NCBI GenBank assembly: GCA_002269645.1
Contig: NIVC01000217.1
Coordinates: forward strand, 558,001 to 622,000
Length of the DNA stretch: 64,000 nucleotides
Source of the DNA: Macrostomum lignano
Lineage: Eukaryota
Reading direction: 5' to 3'
Shown here piece after piece: positions 54,801 through 64,000 of this stretch. Numbering within the stretch: position 1 is the first letter of the stretch; every line of letters starts with the position of its first letter. A program made the position numbers and the translations under genes. The notes beneath the pieces were generated by a model, which did no database searches, had not been told where the DNA came from, and saw nothing but the letters and a program-made list of their open reading frames with translations.

Positions 54801-56244
54801 AGAGGTGCTAAATCAGAATGGCGAACTTTTATAAGCAATGCAACAATTTATTATATATTAGCTAATATTGAGCAATAAAATAAAGTATGTTATAAACCAG
54901 TTATGCAAACTTATACTATAGAGATACATAAAATAAAAAATATAATAAAATATAAATCAAATACAAATACAAATAATGCACAATGTGAAATAAGTACAAA
55001 ATTTGATTACTTTTAAAATAGATATTAAGATACATTACACATAGACTAAATGTTAGCAACTAGAGTTATAATAGCAAATCCATAGGCCCTAATGACAAAG
55101 TGCCTACTTTAGACCTAAAAGAAAATATATCAGACTTGCATATATTATGTGTAAAGGTCAGACGGGATCCCAATCCCAATCCCAAAATCTTGGGATCCTA
55201 AAGAAAATTGAATTCCCGCAAGACCAGAATCCCAACCCTAAAAAACTTGAGATTTGGGAACAGGTCTTTTGATTAAAAATTTATAGAATTAGTGATTATT
55301 TGAAGGTATTTTGCTTTAACTTGTACTTGTTACATTATTTATTTTGTTGGTTACAAAACTTCATATCAATTTTGTTGTGTTTTACTTCTTGATCTTGACA
55401 ATCTTTTCTCAATTTTGTTTAACTTTACATGGACAATACACTAAAAAACTTGATCCCGATCCCAATCCTGATCCCAAGAAAAAAATTATTCCCGATCCCG
55501 ATCCTACCTAGATTTCAATCCTGTCCAACCTCTAATTATGTGGCTATATTTCAATAATTGTAAGCTACTATTTTATTTAAAATCGTACTTTTTAATAATA
55601 TTTTTGGTTTGCAAAAACTGAACAACTGAAGTGTCAAAAACTGAAAATCATAAAAAGGATCAACTTTGCAGTAGGCTATCTAATGAGCTTTATGAATGTT
55701 AGGCCCATCCAATAAGTTTTGAAAATAGGACCAACTTCTTAAAGTACTTTTTTCAATGGGATATATCTCCCTTTGAAGATAGTTTTGTCCATTTTGGCAT
55801 TTTCTAATGAATAAATCAGATTTTCTTAAAATGTTATACTTATAGTTTTGTATAGCACTATAGGCCTAGTTAATAATCAAAGTTGATCCTATTTTCTTTG
55901 CAATTTTAAAGCCCTAGCACTTGTTTAAATAAACTATAGTACTTTTAAAGAGCTGAGTACTATGTAAAATTTTATGATATACAATTATGAGTTAAGTCAT
56001 TCTTGACAGTCAACTAGGGCCTAGTTATGAACACACTACACTAACATAAAATACTTGTATAAAATACAAGGGTTGAGGAATAATATGAAAACTATGTTCC
56101 AGTCTAAAACTAGGTAGACTAGTGATGCATATCTTGTCATCATTCAAAGTACTTACCTTCTCCAGTAAACGAATACGCGACATTAATAAGGCCAAATGTA
56201 AAGAAGCAAAAGAGTATTATAAAGCAATTTCTTTGGAAGTCCAT
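48889..56244 (-). CDS. Type I membrane protein: signal peptide, divergent CUB-like domain, LDLa module, TM helix, short tail; 317 aa
   Basis: Phase-consistent exons 56244-56157 (MDFQRNCFIILFCFFTFGLINVAYS), 52162-51667, 51004-50877 (CLPESLLCDNYDNCFDNSDE, LDLa), 50757-50674 (TM ALIVVLAIIIWAAVVLIRRR), 49046-48889 (ends KPMM*); total 954 nt. Confidence 0.85.
49070..50660. repeat. 21-bp minisatellite (AATAACACCATTCACAGTGAT) with higher-order repeats
   Basis: About 75 units occupying almost the whole last intron. Confidence 0.98.
51080..51590. repeat. 23-bp minisatellite (GGGAGGGTGACAGATAAGTGACT)
   Basis: Fills intron 2 of the CUB-LDLa gene. Confidence 0.96.
52274..52550. mobile_element. Decayed hAT-Charlie-like MITE
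   Basis: Left end AGGGGTCGACAAACTTTTTT..AAGGGCCAGATA resembles Charlie/MER58-type termini; right end degenerate. Confidence 0.45.
55152..55534. mobile_element. hAT-type MITE with ATCCC-rich subtermini
   Basis: TIR TAAAGGTCAGACGGGAT / ATCCTGTCCAACCTCTA (13/17); perfect 8-bp TSD ATTATGTG (55144-55151, 55535-55542). Confidence 0.78.
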
Positions 56245-56339
56245 AACAATGGTTTTCTTTCTGTTAATAAACAGCTAACACATAGGCTCTACTTTGACTT
56301 TGTTTTACGTATCTAAGCACAAACCAAACCAATCCAGAA

Positions 56340-56820
56340 GCACCGATATCTTAGCTATGGTTTTATGTTTTAATTCACTCGCATCGCGGGGCGATAACTG
56401 CCGGAAACCATTTAAATTCGTACCATTTGAATTCGAAAAATTTTTTTTTACAAGTTAGTAAAAGAAACAGTTTTTAGGTGCACTATAATTACTTACTGAA
56501 CGTTTTGTCATATTTTTATCGTATTTAGCAAATATTATTATTATAACTCTTGGGTTCATAGAAAATTTTACGACGAACTAGCGAAAGTGAAATTCTTGAT
56601 TGAGATTGTTTTTTTTCGGCATAGTTATAGTTTACTTCGCGATATTATTTTGCCTTTCGCTAAATTATTTCACCCTGTTTTTGTCACTTTCCAGGTTCGG
56701 CATAAGTGTCACAAGTCAGAAAAACAGTCAGTTGAAGTTGCCGAGTCACTTAAACAGGGTAATTCACGGAAGCCCAGTAAAGCATAGGTATATCAGAGAT
56801 TCACTCGCTTCACCCTGCCT
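56340..56820. promoter_or_regulatory. Putative (possibly bidirectional) promoter, CpG-retaining island
   Basis: About 21 CpG in 480 bp within a strongly CpG-depleted domain; ~100 bp upstream of the CUB-LDLa first coding exon; CCGGAAA at 56401. Confidence 0.5.
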
Positions 56821-57656
56821 ACAGAATCATCTTTCGAAATTAAAGTAACTTTTAATTAACTAAACAAACAACACGAAACCCTTTTTCGTTGAATCTTTGT
56901 ATGCTTTAAATAATAGGGCTAGCAAAAATGCCAGTATCACATCCTGGATCTGTAGGGCCTATGATCCTGTGGTATGTGGATGAAATTACTGGCTGATGTC
57001 ATTGTCATTCAGTTCATGATTTTGAAACCATATTAGGGGCCCTATTGTTTATTTCGTGTTCTACTAACATTACAGTTTAATTGAGCATTTCACAGTTTAA
57101 CTTACAGTTTTAATTAGACCCAAGGGGCCTAGGGCCTAGCACTAGCCAGTAGTTGAATTTAAATTTAAAATCTGAAATTTATTACTACTAATAACGACAA
57201 CCCAATTTGGAAAGAAGTGGCCCATCTATATAGGGCCTAGCCTAGTTAATCATGTTTTTGTTAGTCCTAGGCCCTATCTTTTATTTTACTTTCCATACCA
57301 TAAGGCTCTAACCATTTTGCTTGAAAAGTGCCTTTAATCTTAGCCTAATATGAAACTGTGAAATGAAGACATTTTAAATAAAATGATATAAGTATAACTT
57401 TTTTTATATTTTATTGAAAAAGACCAAATGTTTAGCTAGGCCTATTAAGTACTAAATTAAATCATGTCTTCATGTCTGAAAATACAAATCATGTTTATCT
57501 AAGAATCAAGTCTAGAATCTAGTCTGAATGTTTGTCTAACTCTAAGAATCAAATTATGTCTGATTTTTATTAATATAAATTTAAATTTAGGCCTACATGA
57601 TATTACAATTTACAATTTCCTAATATTAATAGACTAGTTTTAATAAATATAAAAGT

Positions 57657-58218
57657 GGCAATCCTACACTTCCGTTCGGTAAATTATTTTGACACTGAAT
57701 TTTGAACAGGCGTGTTAAATAACAATGTAACCAAACAAAACTGAAACAGTGGAACATGGTAGCAGTCTGTTAGAGTGCATAGTCACTTAGAGTGTGTCTG
57801 CAGGTCATTAAGGTGTCTATAATGGATAGTAATGTCCAATCCAGTACAGGATAGCCCCAAATGGACATTGGGGATATAGACAATGCCAGAGGAATTCCTC
57901 AATGTGTGCATTGAAGAGAGCATCGCTCGTGCTATGCATGTTGCAGATCTTGCACTTTGCGTGGGCCTATGTGCCCTCCACGGTGTTGGTGTGGACTATT
58001 GGGTCTGCTGGATCTACGAAGTGCAGCCGATAGGAAATGAGAAATTGAAGCTCAAAAAACAAGCAGCTCACAAGCAACAGCTCCCTTAAACTGACACCCC
58101 CTTAAACTCTGTTCGCTCAAACTTTTGGCCATAGACACATTGCCAATTGACGTCATTTGACTCGGTGGTACGAATTCAAATGTTAAAATAATTTACCAAA
58201 CGGAAGTGTAGGATTGCC
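57657..58218 (-). mobile_element. Internally deleted Merlin (IS1595/ISXO2-like) DNA transposon
   Basis: ~45-bp TIR GGCAATCCTACACTTCCGTTYGGTAAATTATTTT; perfect 8-bp TSD ATAAAAGT (57649-57656, 58219-58226); minus-strand remnant HFVDPADPIVHTNTVEGT*AHAK..HIEEFLW..PFGAIL resembles the Merlin transposase C-terminus. Confidence 0.88.
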
Positions 58219-58825
58219 ATAAAAGTTTAATATTAAGTTTATTAAAAAGCATATTTTGCTAAAAAAATTCTTTTAAATAGGTAACTTGAATAAATAGATG
58301 ATTAGCTAAGTCCTAAACTGCCCTAGTCCTGATCATGCTAAGTATATGCCCAAACAAAATTTAAAATATTAGGGCCTATAATTAAATGCAAAAAAGTGTA
58401 TATCCATTCCCAAAACTATGCCAATGTTGCAACAATAAATGATAATCAATGACCTTTTTTGAATTGCATATGAGAATTTTTTTGGCAGATAATTTGGATG
58501 ATTTTTATTCTTTTTTAGCAATATTATTTATAGTGAAAAAATCAGTATTTATAAAGATTTGTTGAAATGCCTTTTTATAAGTAAGGTGAGGATAAAATTT
58601 GATAGTTTAAGTTGGGTAGGCCTAGTTTAATAAATTTAAATTGCCGCTGGCATTGAGTTTATGTGAAATAAGCCAAATAATTGTGCCATTGAATCTTAAT
58701 AAGTTTTCTCTTTGGTACTCCATTTGCCAGGTCCTTGGTTTCCAGGAGAAGGTAGTCATATTGTAGTTAGAACAGTTGTTAATATTAATAGGCAGAGTTG
58801 TTCAATTTATATCAAATTATTCAGG

Positions 58826-61092
58826 TGTAAAGATTTAAAGTAAATAAAAGAAAAAGAAAAGAGATAGGCGGTGGTTCTTATTATATTTGTTTAATAGACA
58901 GCAGAGTAAAAAGTAAGGAAAAGTAAAGATTATCCGCGGTTGGCACCGTTAATTTATAGCCATCAGGAGCATCGCCGGAAACTTCTAGGATATTCTGAGC
59001 ATTATAACAAAACAAATATTAATTATTGATTCCTATTAGATTTGCATTAATTGTAGTACTGCCTTACTGTAATAAATTATACATTGAATATTTATAAATG
59101 CGAGTATTAGAATTAGTTACTGTGAGAAGAAATTTCGAGAATTTAATTTGTACTCTACGGGGAAATTTCTAGAAATAAATAATTCATAATTAATGCATCG
59201 AACTTTCGCAAAGGTCACTACAACAGTTCCCCCCACGAAAGACGGAGTCCCTATGAAAATTGGCAATAGTCAATAGGATTGGATATGCATTTAGTTGGCG
59301 TACGGTATGGTGTAGTAGCTAATGTTCGATAGGATGATGAAAGTCTGCAGTAGATGCTGCACGCTGCCTAATCCACTCGCATCCTCGACTGACGCTCCCG
59401 GTGGCATATGATCGGTCATGTGGCCGACTGTAAGGATGCTGATACCGACAGGCGACACCCTGGACAAGGCGAACCAGACTACTGGAGGTGGGCTGTCGCT
59501 CTGTGGGCCGAGAGAACCAGCAGGGAAGCGCACGAGACGCATGCTGCTGTATTGGCTGAATGGCTGACGTCGGTTGTGCTGTATTGAATGGACGAACGAA
59601 GGGCCGGTCCACTCCTGCGTCCTCCTGCAATGCTCCAGAACGGCGGATTGTCACTTGGGCTGCGCGACCTGCGGAGAATGCCAAAGTGCAGACAGACAAC
59701 TCCCAAACAAGGCGCCGCGGAATCTGAGGCAGGTAGTCGCTCTGCGGCTGGCGCAGCGCAGAGGAGCGCACAGGCAGACTGGAATCTGCGATGGAAATGA
59801 GTTGGCTGGCCATGTCGCATCATCGAGTTGTCGTTGACAAGGTGTTTCTAATTGTTCGGGTGAACCGAAGGTTCAGTCTATTGTAGAACGTGGATTGGGT
59901 GTTGGTTTAGCTTTAGTGAGTCAATTTATCAGTTTTAGCATTTGGGTTGAGACCCTAATTGTGTTAATCAAAATTAGTCAAAAGGAGGTAGGCTAGGAGA
60001 AGGGCGAAGGAGAGAAAAGGCGAGGAGCGGCGGAGCGAGAAAAGGGGCGAGCTTCTTGCTTGGTTAACATGAGCTTTTATAGTACTTTTCAGTCTTGATC
60101 GCATTGGATGGTACATAACTGTTTTTCATTGGTTGAGGTTGGGGTTGTGTCCTCAGCTTTTGCTATTTGGAGCGCATTCATTGGTTAAAATACATTCAAT
60201 CTGGATGGGAACTTTCTTGAGTCAAAATGTATCACTTCACTGTGGAAGGCCTCTGCACTGGGTGATGACTTCCCTGATGATGCTGGCCGGACTTCGGATG
60301 GTAGCTGCTGGAGGAAAATACGCGGTGACGCTGGATTGCTGATGCACATGGAACTCTGTAGAACGGCCTTGGTTAGCCCGTGTTGGCATGTTAGAAGTTG
60401 GTCATCGACAGAGTCCTGTGTTGCACTATGGAAGAAATTCGGCAATAGGCGCATGGTGATTAACTTCTTTGGTTGGTGTTGGACGCTTCGACCCGTTGAT
60501 GCCGACGGTGGTGATGTGCTCGGATATGACGATGCTTCTTGTGTTGATGGCTGTGATGATGGAGGCGATGGAGGTGGTGATGCTGGCTAATTATTTACAG
60601 TAATGCTGATGCTCCATGATGCTGTCGCTGGCGGGGCGTGTGCCCCCCAATCCAAGATATGTTGACGGCGCCTCACTGGACCAGTTGTAAGGATTTAAAG
60701 TAAATAAAAGAAAAGGAAAGAGCTAGGTGGTGGTTCTTGTTATATTTGTTTAAAAAAACAGCGGAGTAAGAAATAAGGAAGGAAGTAAGGAAGTAAGGAT
60801 TATCCGCTGTGGGCACCGTATATTTATAGCCATCAGGAGCATCGCCGGAAACTTCAAGAAAATTCTAAGCATTTTAACAAAACAAATATTAATTATTGAT
60901 TCCTATTAGATTTGCATTATTTGTAGTACTGCCTTACTGTAATAAATTATACATTGAATATTTATAAATGTGAGTATTAGAATTAGTTACTGTGAGAAGA
61001 AATTTCGAGAATTTAATTTGTACTCTACGGGGAAATTTCTAGAAATAAATAATTCATAATTAATGCATCAAACTTTTGCGAAGGTCACTACA
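58826..61092 (-). mobile_element. Non-autonomous LTR retrotransposon (Ty3/Gypsy-like)
   Basis: TG..CA LTRs 58826-59222 and 60686-61092; 4-bp TSD CAGG; PBS TGGTCC.. on minus from 60683; PPT (minus GGGGGG, 59229-59234); 1.46-kb internal region with gag-like scraps (FLQQLPSEVR, HFHRRF) and no recognisable pol. Confidence 0.88.
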
Positions 61093-61807
61093 CAGGAGAT
61101 AGACAATTACAAAAAACCAGATAAGCAATAAAAAAATTAATAAAAACCAAAGAAGGGATACAAAGGACCAATGCACAGAAAATAGGGATCTAATGTGTAG
61201 ACAAGAAAATTAGGCTAAGCACAGGAAAAATCTAATATCAAACTGCAAGACAATGGCCAAATAAAATTGAAATAAGTAAAACTAAGTCTTCTCAGGAGCA
61301 ACTCACCTGCCAGATATGCAAGGTAGCCATAGGGAAAAAGAAGAATTTAGCAGTCACTACTGCTTTAGTACCACCCTCAGCTGACAGACAAGCAACCACC
61401 TTGGTTGGCCAAGCAAGTACCTGGGCCTAAGCCGCCTATCTGGCTAAGCTGGGAGATCCTTGGTTGCCCTATAGCCAGGGCTGAGCCCGCTATGCAAGCA
61501 TCACAGCATAGCTGGTCTAGGTAGGCCAGGATTTGGTGGCACTAGGTGTGCTCAATGAACAGGACAATAAATCAGACTAGCACACAGACCAAGCTATTGG
61601 CTGACAGTCTCTATGTGCAGGAAATTGTCAACAAGTGTTCATCGTGTAGCTACTAGTATATGCATGCACTCGTGTGAGTATTGATTTATAATATAAATAC
61701 AGACATCAGAGCTTTGATAGCTCTCATGTGCTCTTCTACCACTTTAAACAAGCAGACTACACTCGTAGCTGCTTTTTCACAAAAGGAAATAACCCACTAA
61801 AATAATT

Positions 61808-61882
61808 TGTGTCCTTGAGCAAGACACTAAACTTTGCATTGCTTCACTTCCTTCCTTTAGTTTACACAGTAGTAAAATGGGT
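61808..61882 (+). mobile_element. CORE-like SINE central-domain fragment
   Basis: TGTGTCCTTGAGCAAGACACTAAAC....GTAAAATGGGT resembles the CORE consensus TGTGACCTTGGGCAAGTCACTTAAC..TGTAAAATGGG. Confidence 0.5.
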
Positions 61883-62400
61883 GCTAGCATTAGCTGGTTT
61901 AGTTGAGGGTGTGTGGCAACCCCTAGTCCTTGGACTGAATAGCTATATATAGCCCTTATATACAAAAGCTATTCAAAAGCTATAGCTGAACTGTTTTTGC
62001 ATATCTGTCAATTATTATTATTGTTAGTATTGATAGTAATCACTTAGTAACAATGTCTGATTTATTTATTATAAGAAAAATGATTACAACTGCATTCATC
62101 TTAACTTTGTGCCTATATCCCTAACAATCTGGCTTTAAAAATCAATGCTAGGACTTAAATAGTTACTCTCTCGAAAGGTATAAAACTATCAAATTCATAT
62201 ATTTCCACAGAGTTCACTGCTCTACCCCCTACCTAGGACATCAAGAACTCTAATTGTTAAAGTTTTTTAGGTCTCTGTTATTGAGTGGCCAATATTACTA
62301 GAGCTTCAAATTAAAATAAACTCAAATAGTTTAACATTCAAAGCATTCCAATCCATCATTCAGCGACAGCCCTCCCAGTGGCTGCCAGCTTCCATCGCGC

Positions 62401-63908
62401 ATGGACTTCCGTCAGGAGTATTTGCAGCTCCTTGCCGACCGGCTGCCAGCCGGCTCCGCTAGTCAGGCCTCGCCGCCAGATGCCTTCGACATTGGCAGCT
62501 ACCCGGACTCCCAGGAGCAGCTGCGGGCGCTTCGCAGCCTTGCCAAGGAGCGCCAAGCTCTTGTAGACCAGCTGACAGCTCGCCTACACTTCGAGAAGCT
62601 CACCGTTCAATTCGCTAAAAAGTGCGCCGATTTCTTGGAAAGCAACGGCGTTGTCATTGGCAACAACAGCAACAGTGCAGCCGGCAGCGGCCAGACGGCA
62701 TCTTCAGGCGAGCCGGACCAAGAATCGGACACGGAAACCTTGTGCGAGGAGACCGGCTCGCTTAGGGACTACCTTCGAGACGAGACTGCCGACCAACAGG
62801 TAAGAATTCACCAGACTGAATCAGATATTAGTAGTCAATAAATACGTAGGCATCATTGAAAAATCCCCATAGTAATTGCCATGGGGACAGGAGGGAATTT
62901 TTACCGTGACTTTATGGGCAGATGGGCAGGGGCGTCGCCATGCATTTTATGGTGTGTGGGGGGGGGACAAAGCCAAGAATTCTACATGTGCATGCACATT
63001 ATTTTCTGAATCGGTGTTGTCAGCGCTCATTTTAGCGCCGCAGGCACTCATTTTAGCGCCGCAGGCTTTCATTTTAGCGCCGCAGGCACTCATTTTAGCG
63101 CCGCAGGCACTCATTTTAGCGTCGCAGGCACTCATTTTAGCGCCGCAGGCACTCATTTTAGCGCCGCAGGCGCTCATTTTAGCGCCGAAGGCACTCATTT
63201 TAGCGCCACAGGCACTCATTTTGGCGCCACAAGCACTCATTTTGGCACCCTGAAGCAGAATTGTTGATTTTCATCACGGGTCATGAGGTTGGGTGGGGGA
63301 GACCTGCCCAGCAGTCCCCTGGAAGTTTCCTACCTAACAAACTAAACTCTCCCGTCCTTCTGTATGAGTCGTCATCTTATTAAAGCACTATAGAAGCCCA
63401 AACTCGAACCCATCGCTACCAGCAGGTGTCGCCGAAGCAGCCGGAGCCCGAGTACTCTCCCCTTGTCGAAGTGCAGCGCCGCAAACAGTCGGGCAGACGA
63501 AAGAAACCTCCGCCTCCGCCTGTAATTAGAAAGCAGCACCAACAGGCGTCATCGGCTACTAATAGTAGTAGCGGCGGTTCAGGCAGCAACAAAATCTCTG
63601 TAGATGCCTGTTTCAGCGTGTACAGCGAGCCGCCAGCTGCTGAGAGCTCCGGCGCTGAGCCGCTGTACGAAGAGCTGCTCCGCTCGCTGGTTGCCGAGCC
63701 GCCAGAGCCGCCTCCGTGTCCCGAGTCTGAGAAGTCCCGACAGCGCTACGAACTTGCTCAACGAGTACTGAAAGAGGAGACCTTTCATTTGAATATACTC
63801 AAGGTGCTGCAGCAGTATTCTAACGCACTGCAATTGCGGGTTGGCCGAAATAAACCGGAATTGGTGCAGCAGCTGTTCTATAGGTTGGATGAGCTGCTAG
63901 AAATACAG
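62401..63908 (+). CDS. BCR: BCR/ABR-like RhoGEF, N-terminal exons (coiled coil and start of DH domain); continues beyond window
   Basis: Exons 62401-62799 and 63426-63908, both phase 0. The N-terminus resembles the BCR oligomerisation domain (F...Y...P..PP...S..D..EQL..L...LHFEKL); DH start VLKEETFHLNILKVL..VQQLFYRLDELLEIQ resembles BCR IETIFFKVPELYEIH. Confidence 0.65.
63025..63250. repeat. 21-bp tandem repeat (TTTTAGCGCCGCAGGCACTCA) within a MITE-like element in the BCR-like intron
   Basis: About 11 units; the same monomer occurs as ~2 copies at 29863-29925. Confidence 0.9.
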
Positions 63909-64000
63909 GTGATGAGGCTTTAGTTGTGTGTGTAAATGTGCTCATTTTATTGATATTGCAATTGATATTTTTCATAGATATTTGATTGCCCGATCCTAAC

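Overview
Eukaryotic (animal) genomic DNA: spliced genes with GT-AG introns stuffed with minisatellites. The style suggests a macrostomid flatworm such as Macrostomum; this is inference from style, not demonstrated. I reconstructed six protein-coding genes by hand with phase-consistent exons: (1) a SOL-1-like multi-CUB protein (minus strand, runs off the left edge, at least 5 CUB domains); (2) a GT14 core-2/I-branching GlcNAc-transferase; (3) an intronless calumenin/CREC protein ending in KDEL; (4) a GTSF1/Asterix-like double CHHC zinc-finger piRNA cofactor with an RG-repeat tail; (5) a CUB-LDLa type-I membrane protein directly upstream of GTSF1 on the same strand; (6) the 5' part of a BCR/ABR-like RhoGEF. 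Between them lie a decayed Crypton-type tyrosine recombinase with nested MITEs, a Merlin relic with intact TIRs and TSD, a non-autonomous LTR element, Harbinger-, hAT- and Mutator-type MITEs, tRNA-derived SINEs, ankyrin-like gene fragments and about 24 tandem arrays. No clearly new biological system can be proven from sequence alone. The best leads are the GTSF1 RG tail and possible operon, a sharp CpG-depleted/CpG-retaining mosaic, satellite-splice-site interplay, and an undeciphered 21.9-27.4 kb region.
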